Virus record (IMG/VR): IMGVR_UViG_2740892230_000016 | Length of the DNA: 64,000 nt | DNA from: a virus | Lineage: Duplodnaviria > Heunggongvirae > Uroviricota > Caudoviricetes | Strand: one strand, 5' to 3' | Shown here: piece by piece, positions 1 through 9,789 of the stretch | How the letters are laid out: every line of letters begins with the position of its first letter | How positions within the stretch are numbered: the first letter of the stretch is position 1 | The notes under the pieces: model-generated | Database searches by the model: none | What the model saw: only the letters and a program-made list of their open reading frames with translations | Told to the model about the DNA's origin: nothing | Position numbers and translations under genes: made by a program

Positions 1-2293
1 TACTGCAACGAAATTGAAAACCAAAAGGTCGCTTCAAGTTGACCTCCAAAGTGATAACGCCATCGACTTTGATGGTTCATCAAATGCTCTTCTGGGCATA
101 AAAGGTATTTTACCAATTACTCATGGGGGATTAGGTGCATCCAGCGTCTCTGGAGGGCGTACTAATCTTGGATTAGGTGTTGCGGACATCCCCCAATTTA
201 AGGGTATCAACCTTGTTAACTCAACAGACGCTGATTTAGCGGCGTCAGGGATTGTAAGTGGTTATCTGAATAATTCAGCTGGGGTACAGAGAAGTCGTTT
301 TAGAATTTATTCAGAGATCAGGAGTGACAACCGCTCATGGCTGACGTTACATCTACAATCTGATACCAACACCAATAAATATGCCGGATTAGACATTGAC
401 GGTAATTTTCTGATTACCGGTGATAGCAAATGCCGAGCATTAGAACCAACTGATGTAGCGTTAACAAGAAAAAATATTGATGTTTACAGCAAAGCCGAAG
501 TAGACCTTAAAAAAGGGATGAAATTCACCAGAGTCAATGCTCCTTCTGGAGCTGAAGAGGGTAAATTCTATCCTGTAGTCATCAAGAGATCTGCAACGAG
601 CAATGGTGAACTTGCTTCTCGGGTTATTATTTCCACTGCGCCGCGCCAAGCTGCACATCGCATGAACAACTGCGAATTCAATGGTTTTGTGATGCCTGCT
701 GGTTGGAGTGACAGAGGGCGGTACGCATACGGGATGTTCTGGCAATATCAGGATGCAGAACGGGCGATTCATTCTATTGCGATGAGCAATAAAGACGATG
801 AAGTTAGCTCAGTTTTTTATATTGAAGGCGGAGCATTTCCAGTATGCGTTCTTGTGGAGGAGGGGCTTTCTGTTGTTGTCCCTACAACGGATTATATTGT
901 TGGACAAACCACATACAAATGGGGGGCAACCAACCCTAAAGCTGAATGTATAGCTGCCGACATAATTATTGATTTTAGCAATGGTCGTGGTTTCTATAGC
1001 TCTGGAAACCTCAATGGTAATGCTGCAACAGCAACTAAATTACAGACCGCCAGAACAATCAACGGAGTAACCTTCGATGGCACTACTGATATTTCGTTGA
1101 CACCAGAGAACATTGGCGCGCTGTCACTATCCGGAGGCACATTATTAGGAGGTCTGACAGCTCCTTTACTTACCACTAAAAGCGATCTTATTTTTAGTAG
1201 CCATACAAGCCGTCATATCCGCTTTACATATACGAAAAATGACGGCACAACACTAACTGATGGGTACATATTTAAAGATGGTGTCGATAACCCTAACAGA
1301 CGACCAGGTATCCGGATAAATTGTGCTGCGCCGAATAAAGAAACCGGCAATGGTACTAATTCAGGTGATTGGATATTCGGTGAAGATGGCATTTTTACCA
1401 TGCCGGGTGGCACTGTTCTTCGGGGAGGAATCAATAGCAATGGCGTGCCGCAAAGTGAGTATAAACATGACATGCTCACGTCAGTTGTTGACGATGCAAA
1501 AATGTATCTGCGACGTTTCCGCTCCAGCACAGGTGCAAGCATATGGCATGAAACAATAGAGAATAACGTTTATCGCTTATGCACAGGAACAACTGACGCT
1601 CAGGAAGAGTTAGTCTTGAGGACTGGTTCCTATGCGAAATTCGCTGGCGAGATTATTTCCAAATCGGCGAATGGTCNNNNNNNNNNTTTAACTGTTTATG
1701 GTTCTGTTGGCCTGGGTACTGCAAATGCTCTTGGTGGTAACTCTATCGTCCTTGGCGATAATGATACTGGTTTTAAACAGAATGGTGATGGCATTCTTGA
1801 TGTTTACGCTAATAGTCAGAGAGTATTCCGCTTTAAGAATGATGCAGCTTTTTCTTTAAAAAAATTGCTGGTCGGAGATAGTAAAACTTTTTCATTATCA
1901 AGTTCAAACACGTCCACTAAGAACGTAACCTTTAATCTATGGGGTGCCTCTACTCGTCCTGTTGTAGCTGAATTAGGTGATGATTCAGGATGGCATTTTT
2001 ATAGTCAGAGAAATACTGATAACAGTATAACATTTGCTGTAAATGGTCAGGTGTCCCCCTCTAATTATAGTAATTTTGACTCGCGCTACGCATTAAAGAC
2101 GGCTTGTGTGACCAGCGTCAGACTTGGGGCATATAAAACTCATACCATGCAGAAAGGCACGATGTTTGAAACTGCTGGCTATGTCATTACAGGGCTTGGG
2201 ATTATTGGTGAAGTTGATGGTGACGACCCAGCAAGATTGAGGCCTTTACAGTATTGCATTAATGGAACTTGGTATACAGCAGCCACAGCATGA
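1..2293 (+). CDS. Tail fibre protein, variable C-terminal part (5' partial, interrupted by N-gap 1677..1686)
   Basis: ORF 14..2293 stays open to the window start (frame reads TATKLKTKRSLQ from position 2). Contains the collar repeat GNAATATKLQTARTINGVTFDGT. C-terminus NYSNFDSRYALKTACVTSV...QYCINGTWYTAA is shared with the opposite-strand fibre. Confidence 0.8.
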   Translation, partial: TATKLKTKRSLQVDLQSDNAIDFDGSSNALLGIKGILPITHGGLGASSVSGGRTNLGLGVADIPQFKGINLVNSTDADLAASGIVSGYLNNSAGVQRSRFRIYSEIRSDNRSWLTLHLQSDTNTNKYAGLDIDGNFLITGDSKCRALEPTDVALTRKNIDVYSKAEVDLKKGMKFTRVNAPSGAEEGKFYPVVIKRSATSNGELASRVIISTAPRQAAHRMNNCEFNGFVMPAGWSDRGRYAYGMFWQYQDAERAIHSIAMSNKDDEVSSVFYIEGGAFPVCVLVEEGLSVVVPTTDYIVGQTTYKWGATNPKAECIAADIIIDFSNGRGFYSSGNLNGNAATATKLQTARTINGVTFDGTTDISLTPENIGALSLSGGTLLGGLTAPLLTTKSDLIFSSHTSRHIRFTYTKNDGTTLTDGYIFKDGVDNPNRRPGIRINCAAPNKETGNGTNSGDWIFGEDGIFTMPGGTVLRGGINSNGVPQSEYKHDMLTSVVDDAKMYLRRFRSSTGASIWHETIENNVYRLCTGTTDAQEELVLRTGSYAKFAGEIISKSANGXXXXLTVYGSVGLGTANALGGNSIVLGDNDTGFKQNGDGILDVYANSQRVFRFKNDAAFSLKKLLVGDSKTFSLSSSNTSTKNVTFNLWGASTRPVVAELGDDSGWHFYSQRNTDNSITFAVNGQVSPSNYSNFDSRYALKTACVTSVRLGAYKTHTMQKGTMFETAGYVITGLGIIGEVDGDDPARLRPLQYCINGTWYTAATA
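8..21. repeat. Left copy of inverted repeat ACGAAATTGAAAAC (encodes TKLKT) at the fibre constant/variable junction
   Basis: Exact 14-bp match to the reverse complement of 5328..5341; flanking bases are partly conserved outward, suggesting the repeat extends beyond the window. Confidence 0.6.
11..38. other. Candidate cix-like crossover site (left)
   Basis: AAATTGAAAACC-AA-AAGGTCGCTTCA: the left half-site resembles the Hin/Gin/Cin consensus half-site TTnTnnAAAACC; the right half is degenerate. Confidence 0.4.
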
Positions 2294-2299
2294 TTATTA

Positions 2300-2857
2300 A
2301 TGGATCAAACAATGATTAATTTTAAAAAGTTCACATCCTACACCCCAGATGAAGATAAGTCAGAGCTTGTTGAAGCTGGAGTTGTATTTTTACGTGATGA
2401 AAACGGTAATGACTGGTATGAATGTCAGAAATTTTTTCATGAGAACACGATAAAGATAGTTTATGACAGCGATAATATTGTTGTGAGTATTTCAAACGAT
2501 GTTTCAACACTCTGGCCAGTGGGGGCATCTGTAGCAGAAATAGAAATCCTGCCTGAGGGAGTAGATATTAACGGGAACTGGATGTTTGACGGAAAAAATG
2601 TGGTTGAAAGAGTAAGAACCGCAGATGAGTTAAAAGCTATGGCGGAATCAAGACGCACTGAGCTACTTAACAACGCACGTCAACAACTCGTGATTAGCCA
2701 GACAAAATTACTACGCGGCAGAATATTATCTGAAGATGAACAGTCTTCTCTTGACGCCTGGCTGGACTATATTGATGCAGTTAATGCATTAGATTTCAAC
2801 ACAATAACAGATAAAGCCAGTTTCAATGCGATCGTCTGGCCTACTGAGCCAGGTTAA
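2300..2857 (+). CDS. Tail fibre assembly protein (U-like)
   Basis: Immediately downstream of the fibre gene; 185 aa; shares the ENGNDWYECQK motif with the inverted paralogue 2892..3455. Confidence 0.75.
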   Translation: MDQTMINFKKFTSYTPDEDKSELVEAGVVFLRDENGNDWYECQKFFHENTIKIVYDSDNIVVSISNDVSTLWPVGASVAEIEILPEGVDINGNWMFDGKNVVERVRTADELKAMAESRRTELLNNARQQLVISQTKLLRGRILSEDEQSSLDAWLDYIDAVNALDFNTITDKASFNAIVWPTEPG

Positions 2858-2891
2858 AAGTGAAGGCCCGATAAATCGGGCCTTCACTTCA

Positions 2892-3455
2892 CTACGGTTC
2901 TTCTGGCCATTCTGGTTTAGCTGTATCTACGCGATAAACCAACACGCTATAACGCTCCCATGCTTCCAGTTTAGCTCGTTCCTCATCTGTTGCCATATTC
3001 AATTTAACCGCCCGCTCAAGAGTTACAATAACTGATTCGGCATGTGAAAGTAAGGCAGCCTTTTTTGATTCAGCTTGCTGTTGTAACTCCGTATCAGAAT
3101 ATATGCGTTTAACAACAGAGTTGTCTCTAAACACCCAACCACCGTTGATATCTACATCTTCAGGTAAACTATCCACTTCTGCTACAGATAATCCTATGGG
3201 CCAAAGGGTTGAGGCGTCATCCGTAATGCTGACAACGATATTGTTGCTATCATACGCAATTACCTTTGTACATTCCGAAAATAACTTTTGACATTCATAC
3301 CAGTCGTTACCATTTTCATCCAACAGGAATAAAACTCCTGCATCAACAAGCTCTCTTTTATCTTCACCAGGCGTATATGGTGCGAAATTTTTAAAGTTAT
3401 TCATATGCTCTCTCATTATACTGATGCTGCTGTGTACCATGTACCGTTGATACAA
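2892..3455 (-). CDS. Tail fibre assembly protein, alternative copy (U'-like)
   Basis: 187 aa paralogue of 2300..2857 on the opposite strand; convergent arrangement typical of invertible fibre segments. Confidence 0.75.
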   Translation of the reverse strand: MYQRYMVHSSISIMREHMNNFKNFAPYTPGEDKRELVDAGVLFLLDENGNDWYECQKLFSECTKVIAYDSNNIVVSITDDASTLWPIGLSVAEVDSLPEDVDINGGWVFRDNSVVKRIYSDTELQQQAESKKAALLSHAESVIVTLERAVKLNMATDEERAKLEAWERYSVLVYRVDTAKPEWPEEP

Positions 3456-5425
3456 TATTGAACCGGTCGATAATAAATCCCGCCGATATTGTCGGCTGAA
3501 TTACTTCCTGTTTCTTGAACAATAATACCTGTCATAACCAGTCCGCTTCCTAGATTCTGAGTCCAGGAAACACCATTGCTTGATGGTTTATAACTGGCAG
3601 CAGATCCCATTCTTACGCTTGTCACACAAGCCGTTTTTAATGTGTAGCGCGAGTCAAAATTACTATAGTTAGCTGGAAGTATTTGCCCGCCGCACTGGAA
3701 GTTACCACTGCTATCAAGAAATGCTTGGCCATCTGTACCATTTGATGTTCTTGAGTTGTTAATCATGTAAAAGCCGAATTGACTATTACCAAGACCACCA
3801 ATAAAGAACTTTCTGTCAGCATGGTCTTGTCTTAATAATGCCTGGGCGGAACTGGTTGATACCTTATTAAGACCAAAAATAACATTTTGATCTCGCATAC
3901 TAATCCAAGAACCTGAGCTGCTATTAACAGAAAATCTGTTTGCATATACCCATGCATTGGTTCTTATATCGCCAGTTACATTGAGTCCATTACCGATTGA
4001 AACAGCCCCGTTAGCGTTGTTAATGGTAAGCGGTCTTAAACTATTCCATGTTCCAAGATTGTCACCCGAGGCGGTCAACATGAAGTATGTGCTTGAACCA
4101 TCGTTTCGGATAAAGAATCCATAGTTGCCATAGGCAATGCGCAGACCATTCGCCGATTTGGAAATAATCTCGCCAGCAGCAGTTAATCCGCCAGTTAACG
4201 CTCCTCCAGATAGTGGTAAAGCTCCGACATCAGCCGCAGTAGGTTTGTTTTTAGTGTTATACGCTCTGCGCCATCCTGGTGAATAACTTGTGCCATTAGA
4301 CACATAGATAAATTCAGCATTAGTGAGTGCGCCAGATACACTTGTCGTCGTTGCCGTTGTTATACGAATGGTAAAATAACTCGTGCTACTGCTATTATTA
4401 AATACCTCTATAACTGCGCCAGCCAGTGGAATAATGCCGCATCCTGTTTCGCTGTCTGGTATGGATGCACTATTTGCATACGCCCAGGCACAACGCGCTA
4501 TCCATACCTTTGCATTAAAAGCACCATTATCTCGTAGCAGAGTCACTAATTGCTCTGTTGTTATTGATGCTCCATTATCACCTGTTTCAAGCCAACCAGT
4601 AGGAGATGCCGGGCAACCAATATTTGCCGGTGACAGAGAAATATTAGCCGTTCCGTCAAATGAAACCCCATTAATGGTGCGTGCTGTTTGCAGTTTTGTG
4701 GCTGTAGCTGCATTGCCGGTAGTGCTCTGATTGCCTGTTTTATTCACGCCCGGCAGGTCGATGTTTGCGGTGCCATTAAATGAAACACCACCAATAGTTC
4801 TTGCCGTTTGTAATTTCGTTGCAGACGCCGCGTTTCCGGTTGTGTTCTGGTTGCCCGTGGTATTTACACCAGGGATGGAATCCTTCGATGTGTAGACCTG
4901 CGCCCACTCTGACCAACTGGCTGTATCAGTATCTCGTCGCGAACGTACATGTACAGGTGCATGAGCGCCACTTGTACCGCTCCAACCTATGAACAACTCA
5001 CCTTCACCAACTGCCGTTGCGCCCTTAAGATGAAGCACATTCCCGTAAGCAGAAGGATAGCCGTTGTTGTACGCCTCATACATTTGCAATCCAGTAGCAG
5101 CACCTTGTGTTGTACCGGTGAGCGCAGTAACACGCCCTCTGGACGTAATTGTTGGTATCGAAATGTCCACAGAACCATCAAATTTAACACCGTTGATGTT
5201 TCTTGCCGTCGCAAGTTTCGTCGCGGTAGCAGCATTCCCCGTGGTGTTCTGGTTACCTGTTGTATTTACACCTGGAAGATTGATATTGGCCGAGCCATCA
5301 AATGCCACACCGCCAATCGAGCGTGCTGTTTTCAATTTCGTCGCGGTGTCGGCATTCCCTGCCAGCGCCCCGGTGATCCCGCCGTTGAAAGTCTGGCGTG
5401 AACTCCATGTGTTAGCCGTGCTCAA
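3416..5425 (-). CDS. Alternative tail fibre variable part (Sv'-like)
   Basis: 669 aa with repeated GNAATATKL(Q/A)TAR collar motifs and a C-terminus matching the + strand fibre. The reading frame stays open upstream through 5456..5483, so the TTG start in the ORF track is probably not the true N-terminus. Confidence 0.75.
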   Translation of the reverse strand: MSTANTWSSRQTFNGGITGALAGNADTATKLKTARSIGGVAFDGSANINLPGVNTTGNQNTTGNAATATKLATARNINGVKFDGSVDISIPTITSRGRVTALTGTTQGAATGLQMYEAYNNGYPSAYGNVLHLKGATAVGEGELFIGWSGTSGAHAPVHVRSRRDTDTASWSEWAQVYTSKDSIPGVNTTGNQNTTGNAASATKLQTARTIGGVSFNGTANIDLPGVNKTGNQSTTGNAATATKLQTARTINGVSFDGTANISLSPANIGCPASPTGWLETGDNGASITTEQLVTLLRDNGAFNAKVWIARCAWAYANSASIPDSETGCGIIPLAGAVIEVFNNSSSTSYFTIRITTATTTSVSGALTNAEFIYVSNGTSYSPGWRRAYNTKNKPTAADVGALPLSGGALTGGLTAAGEIISKSANGLRIAYGNYGFFIRNDGSSTYFMLTASGDNLGTWNSLRPLTINNANGAVSIGNGLNVTGDIRTNAWVYANRFSVNSSSGSWISMRDQNVIFGLNKVSTSSAQALLRQDHADRKFFIGGLGNSQFGFYMINNSRTSNGTDGQAFLDSSGNFQCGGQILPANYSNFDSRYTLKTACVTSVRMGSAASYKPSSNGVSWTQNLGSGLVMTGIIVQETGSNSADNIGGIYYRPVQYCINGTWYTAASV
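5328..5341. repeat. Right copy of inverted repeat (reverse complement of 8..21)
   Basis: GTTTTCAATTTCGT on the + strand, encoding TATKLKT in the minus-strand fibre. Confidence 0.6.
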
Positions 5426-5455
5426 CAGGGGGATCTTTTCACCGCTGGTACCGAG

Positions 5456-5483
5456 TTCTCTTAAACCAAGGTTTAGGATTGAA
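5456..5483. other. hix/cix-like near-palindromic recombination site overlapping the 3' end of the invertase gene
   Basis: TTCTCTTAAACC-AA-GGTTTAGGATTG compared with recalled hixL TTCTTGAAAACC-AA-GGTTTTTGATAA; the invertase stop codon (5473..5475) lies inside it. Confidence 0.45.
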
Positions 5484-6033
5484 ATGATGACGCCGGAAAC
5501 TTCTTATAAAGCGTGGAAACAGCCACATCATAGATGATTGCAACCTGCTTACGGGGGATGCCCTTCTCGAGCAATCGCCGCATTTGCTGCCATGTTTCTT
5601 CTTGGTATTTAGGCCGACGTCCACCTATACGACCTTCTGCGCGAGCTGCATCAAGTCCAGCGCGTGTACGTTCAACGATAAGCTCACGTTCCATTTCTGC
5701 CAGCGCCCCCATTACGTGAAAGAAAAAGCGCCCCATTGGTGTACTGGTGTCGATGGAGTCAGTGAGACTCCGGAAGTTAATGCCTCTGTCACGCAGCTCT
5801 TCCACCAGCACAACTAAGTGACGCATGCTGCGCCCAAGACGATCTAACTTCCATACGACTAGGGTGTCACCTCTGGAAAGCATACGGAGAACCTTTTTTA
5901 ACCCAGGGCGTTCAGCCTTTTTGCCGCTCGCCTTGTCCTCAAAAATTAGCTCACATCCTGCGCTTTCAAGAGCGTTTCGTTGTAAAGCAGTGTTTTGTTC
6001 ATTTGTTGATACGCGTACATAGCCTATTAGCAT
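5473..6033 (-). CDS. cin: Serine DNA invertase (Cin/Hin/Gin/Pin family)
   Basis: 186 aa; N-terminal MLIGYVRVSTNEQ with the catalytic Ser of the resolvase/invertase fold; C-terminal HTH; directly adjacent to the invertible fibre segment. Confidence 0.9.
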   Translation of the reverse strand: MLIGYVRVSTNEQNTALQRNALESAGCELIFEDKASGKKAERPGLKKVLRMLSRGDTLVVWKLDRLGRSMRHLVVLVEELRDRGINFRSLTDSIDTSTPMGRFFFHVMGALAEMERELIVERTRAGLDAARAEGRIGGRRPKYQEETWQQMRRLLEKGIPRKQVAIIYDVAVSTLYKKFPASSFQS

Positions 6034-6160
6034 ATTTTCTGCTCACTATCGTTATTTATAGCAAGCTGCGGATTTTAATTAACAAAAACCAGTATGTGTG
6101 GAAATCACAAAGTACATACCGTTTCCCAATGATATTTAATTCACTATTAAGGAAATAGTT

Positions 6161-6442
6161 ATGTGTGATTTCACAATAATGCTCCTCTCCATCCTTGGCG
6201 GGGTGCATTCGTTTCTGAATGGGGTTCGTGAAAAACGTTACGAAGCGTCATGCAGGCAATTGATGGCCGAGTGTATTGCTGCCGTACTTGCAGGCTTTAT
6301 AGGCATGTATTTCGCGGAATATAAGGGTATGGATGAAAGTCTTCAGAATTGCGTGACTATTATTTGCAGCATCAATAACAGGCTCATTCTTGAAAAGTTA
6401 CAAAGGATTATCGATTCGCACCTCAATAGAAATGCCTCTTAA
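6161..6442 (+). CDS. Small hydrophobic protein upstream of the holin genes
   Basis: 93 aa with hydrophobic stretches; co-oriented with the lyd/darA operon. Confidence 0.35.
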   Translation: MCDFTIMLLSILGGVHSFLNGVREKRYEASCRQLMAECIAAVLAGFIGMYFAEYKGMDESLQNCVTIICSINNRLILEKLQRIIDSHLNRNAS

Positions 6443-6509
6443 GCAACAAATGACCGGTTGAGAAGTTACTTTGCATACCATTACCTCCTGACAACGTAGG
6501 AGGGAACTT

Positions 6510-6839
6510 GTGCTTGACACACAGGAATTAGCTCCAGTTGCTATTGCGCTCCTGCTTTCAGTAATTGGTGGGATAGGCACGTTCCTGATGGATGTCCGAG
6601 ACGGTCGCCAGTCTGGCAATTTGTTAGGATTGGTTACGGAGATCTTTGTTGCAGTGACAGCTGGCGCGGTGGCGTACCTATTGGGGCAACACGAGGGCTG
6701 GGAGTTATCAATTACGTACTTAATGGTAACGATAGCCAGCAATAACGGTCATGAGGTGATTTCAGGGATGAAACGAGTGAATATCGATAGCATTCTGAAT
6801 GTTCTTACAAGTTTGGTGAAAAAGGGAGGCGGGAAATGA
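6510..6839 (+). CDS. lydA: Holin LydA-like
   Basis: 109 aa membrane protein; size and synteny match the first gene of the P1 darA operon; 4-bp overlap with the next gene. Confidence 0.55.
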   Translation: MLDTQELAPVAIALLLSVIGGIGTFLMDVRDGRQSGNLLGLVTEIFVAVTAGAVAYLLGQHEGWELSITYLMVTIASNNGHEVISGMKRVNIDSILNVLTSLVKKGGGK

Positions 6840-7279
6840 TTGGCTGGGGTGTATGCGTTCTTGCGTTAGCCTTAGCCGATCGCTATTTGCTAAAACGCAA
6901 GGACATCACGCACTTAGAACTTGGTGATGTGGAAATTAAACCGGGTTTCATCCGGGTGCCGTTCAAATACCGGTCTAAATTCCCGTTTTTGCGCGGCGCA
7001 ACGGTCAGATATTGGATCCGCGATGTTCAGAAGCCGACGACAGTGATTGAAGGCGAACAACGTTGTCTGACGTCGGCTGAACAGGGCGAAAACAGTGAAT
7101 GGTTGTACATACCCACTGAATATATGGGTAAAGGAGAGCGACTGTGGCATTTCAACGTCATGGTTACGCATGGCGACTCGTTCATTAACCCGTTGTATCG
7201 GATTTTCCCTGTTACTCAGCAAATCCGCAGAAGTTACGTAATAAATCTCGCACAGGATGTGTCAGATGACGAAAAATAA
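6836..7279 (+). CDS. lydB: Antiholin LydB-like
   Basis: 147 aa; size and position match P1 LydB. Confidence 0.5.
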   Translation: MIGWGVCVLALALADRYLLKRKDITHLELGDVEIKPGFIRVPFKYRSKFPFLRGATVRYWIRDVQKPTTVIEGEQRCLTSAEQGENSEWLYIPTEYMGKGERLWHFNVMVTHGDSFINPLYRIFPVTQQIRRSYVINLAQDVSDDEK

Positions 7280-7868
7280 GTATGCAACGGTCGATTTTGA
7301 CCAGGTTAATGAAAAGGGGCTGAAATCCCTTATCGCGGCGATCAATAAAACCGGGGTTACGGTAATTGAGGTTGACTCCAGCAACCGCGCAACAACGAAA
7401 GATGGCGTTAAAGTTAAAACCGCAAAGCTGGTTCTTAACGACGGACAAATTCTTGCCATACAGGTAAACGATACTGGCGATATATCGTCTGTGAAACTGA
7501 ATGGAAAAGCTATTCCTAACGCTCAGTCGCCGGATATCAAGACGCTTGGTACCGTCATGGGACAGGCGGCCCGCAAAAACTCCGCAAAATTCCAGAAATC
7601 ACTGATCGCCAAAGCGAAGCGTGTTGCCAATCCGGTAGACAAGAAACCGGCAGTTAAATCCAACTTTCAGCGCCTGCAAGAGGCAAAACAGCGGAATGCT
7701 CAGGTGGTTGCCGCTTATAAATCAGCTCAGAACTCGGTGTCTTTCAATCAACAGCAGATCACTGATTTGCGGGCGAAGCTGGATAAGGAGACAGGCCGAC
7801 TCAATAACGAAAAGGCCCGAAATGGCGAACTCAAACGCCGTCTTAAGCAACTGAAAGCAGGAAATTAA
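7257..7868 (+). CDS. hdf: Hdf-like protein of the darA operon
   Basis: 203 aa (about 22 kDa); position and size match P1 Hdf. Confidence 0.5.
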   Translation: MCQMTKNKYATVDFDQVNEKGLKSLIAAINKTGVTVIEVDSSNRATTKDGVKVKTAKLVLNDGQILAIQVNDTGDISSVKLNGKAIPNAQSPDIKTLGTVMGQAARKNSAKFQKSLIAKAKRVANPVDKKPAVKSNFQRLQEAKQRNAQVVAAYKSAQNSVSFNQQQITDLRAKLDKETGRLNNEKARNGELKRRLKQLKAGN

Positions 7869-7869
7869 C

Positions 7870-9789
7870 ATGGAACAGTTCAATATCAATAAAGGGGTGA
7901 CGATCAAGCCTGGGCTGGACGTGCTTCCCCCGCCAGTGACTGATGATGAATATCGCGCATTAATGGCCGGTGAGGACCGCTATCTGATGACGGAATCCAA
8001 CACCCTGGAGGAAATCGAGGCTACGTTCTTCTATGACACGCCGATCCACTGGTGTGCTACGGATTTACTGGAGGCGATTAGTTCTACTCGTTTGCAGTTA
8101 CACCGGACCATGCAGGCATTTGTCCGGGCATTGAACCAGAAGCTGAATGGTACCGGAATCTCTGCGGGAAGTGATAAAACGGGGGATGTGGCCCAGAGCG
8201 GCGCGCGCGCGATCGGCGGCGCTGAAATTGGCCGGGCACGTAACGTTAACGGGCTGCCGGTCCTGCCAGCCATTATTCCGCTCAGTGATGGTCAGACTAT
8301 CAGCATTCTGTTTCATAGCCCGACAGCGGAAAACCGGATCACCAATAGCGATACGCTGGTTGCTTTCCAGTTCTTACTGAATAAAAAAGACGTTACTCAC
8401 ACCGTTGCTCCGATGAGTGGACGTGATATGACGCTGGCGCAGGTCACCATGAAACTTGCCAACCTTGCAGAGAAAAACTCGGCAAAATTCCAGCGTGCAC
8501 AGAAGAAGAAAAAAGCCCTGGTTGATGAACTAACCCAACTACAGGCTGACAGTGATCAGAAAGAGGATGCCATGAGCGACCTCGCGGATCAGGTGGCAGC
8601 GGTAGAAGGGCAGAAGGCAGATCTGGAGCAGAAAATTAACGCTGTTGCATCGGAAGCGGATTCTCTTTATGAAGAGAATGAGCGTTTGCAGGGGGAGATT
8701 GATCGGCTCAATCGCACTGGTGGGCGCGATACCATTGCCCCTGCGGGGATGACTGGTGGGCACTCTCGCGCGCTGACGGATCGCCTTGCCAGTATCAAAA
8801 ATCGTATGCATATGGACGGGGAAGCGATGCTCAGTAATGGTGCATCAATGAAGCAATTCATTGGGGATGGCGAAGGGTATATCCAGTTAACCGATCCGGA
8901 TGGCAGCGTATACATGATCAAGGCTAAATCCATACAGGGTGTGGACATGGCAGATGCGATCGGCAAGCTGTTTAAAGCCTATAAAGCGGGTAATGTATCG
9001 GAATATCTGGTCCAACCAGAAGAACATAAACCGGAAAACGTCGAACCTGAACCAGCGGAGGATACCGGTAGCTCTTCGCCTGAACCAGAAGTCTCTGTAG
9101 GTGCATATCGATATGCCCTGCAAATGCGTCCGGCGGCCCCTGGCGCAATACCTGAAGGTAACAAAGCAATTCTGCCGCGCCCTGATGAAGGTGACCCGTA
9201 TTATGAATATGCACGCTACGGCATTGCTACTTACGATACCCCGCTTTCTGATCAGCAAATGAGTGAGTACGACCTGAAGTTATTGCCTCGCGAGGATTCT
9301 TTCGACTTCCTGGCGAAGACACTTACTAATGGTCCGTTTGGCAAATATGCACAAAAAGCTCTGGAGCTGGCCACCAGCTCACCAGACGAGTTCCGCGTAA
9401 TGCTGAAAACTCAGTTTCAAAAAACTTTCCCCAATATTGCGTTTCCTGGGGGCGCTGGCACCGAGAAAATGGTGCAGAGCATGATCAATGCATTGCAGGC
9501 CGAAGTCGGTGAGATTACTCAGCCAGAACCGGCCCCGGCACAGCCTGATGAAACGGTTAGCGAAGCAGATGCAGAGGCTAATAAAGCCATTGAATATCTC
9601 AATAACGTGATGGATATGCAAAGCACTGACATGGCGGAGATCCGTAACGCCCGGGGCAATGTCCGGGAAGCGATTGCAGCCCTTCAGGCTGCCGGACGTT
9701 TTGAGGAAAACGAAGAGCTGGTTAATGGCGCTGCTCGCCACCTGGCTGATCTGCTGGTAGCAATCCAGAAAGCGGGGGTAGCGGCATGA
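7870..9789 (+). CDS. darA: DarA-like antirestriction/capsid morphogenesis protein
   Basis: 639 aa, matching the recalled size of P1 DarA; coiled-coil region; operon context hdf-darA-ddrA-ddrB. Confidence 0.65.
   Translation: MEQFNINKGVTIKPGLDVLPPPVTDDEYRALMAGEDRYLMTESNTLEEIEATFFYDTPIHWCATDLLEAISSTRLQLHRTMQAFVRALNQKLNGTGISAGSDKTGDVAQSGARAIGGAEIGRARNVNGLPVLPAIIPLSDGQTISILFHSPTAENRITNSDTLVAFQFLLNKKDVTHTVAPMSGRDMTLAQVTMKLANLAEKNSAKFQRAQKKKKALVDELTQLQADSDQKEDAMSDLADQVAAVEGQKADLEQKINAVASEADSLYEENERLQGEIDRLNRTGGRDTIAPAGMTGGHSRALTDRLASIKNRMHMDGEAMLSNGASMKQFIGDGEGYIQLTDPDGSVYMIKAKSIQGVDMADAIGKLFKAYKAGNVSEYLVQPEEHKPENVEPEPAEDTGSSSPEPEVSVGAYRYALQMRPAAPGAIPEGNKAILPRPDEGDPYYEYARYGIATYDTPLSDQQMSEYDLKLLPREDSFDFLAKTLTNGPFGKYAQKALELATSSPDEFRVMLKTQFQKTFPNIAFPGGAGTEKMVQSMINALQAEVGEITQPEPAPAQPDETVSEADAEANKAIEYLNNVMDMQSTDMAEIRNARGNVREAIAALQAAGRFEENEELVNGAARHLADLLVAIQKAGVAA

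Noticed and set aside
4383-5537. Plus-strand ORFs (4383..4730, 4949..5401, 5064..5537) inside the minus-strand fibre gene
   Set aside because: They are antisense shadows of a long coding region with repetitive Gly/Ala/Thr codons; no independent start signals or motifs.
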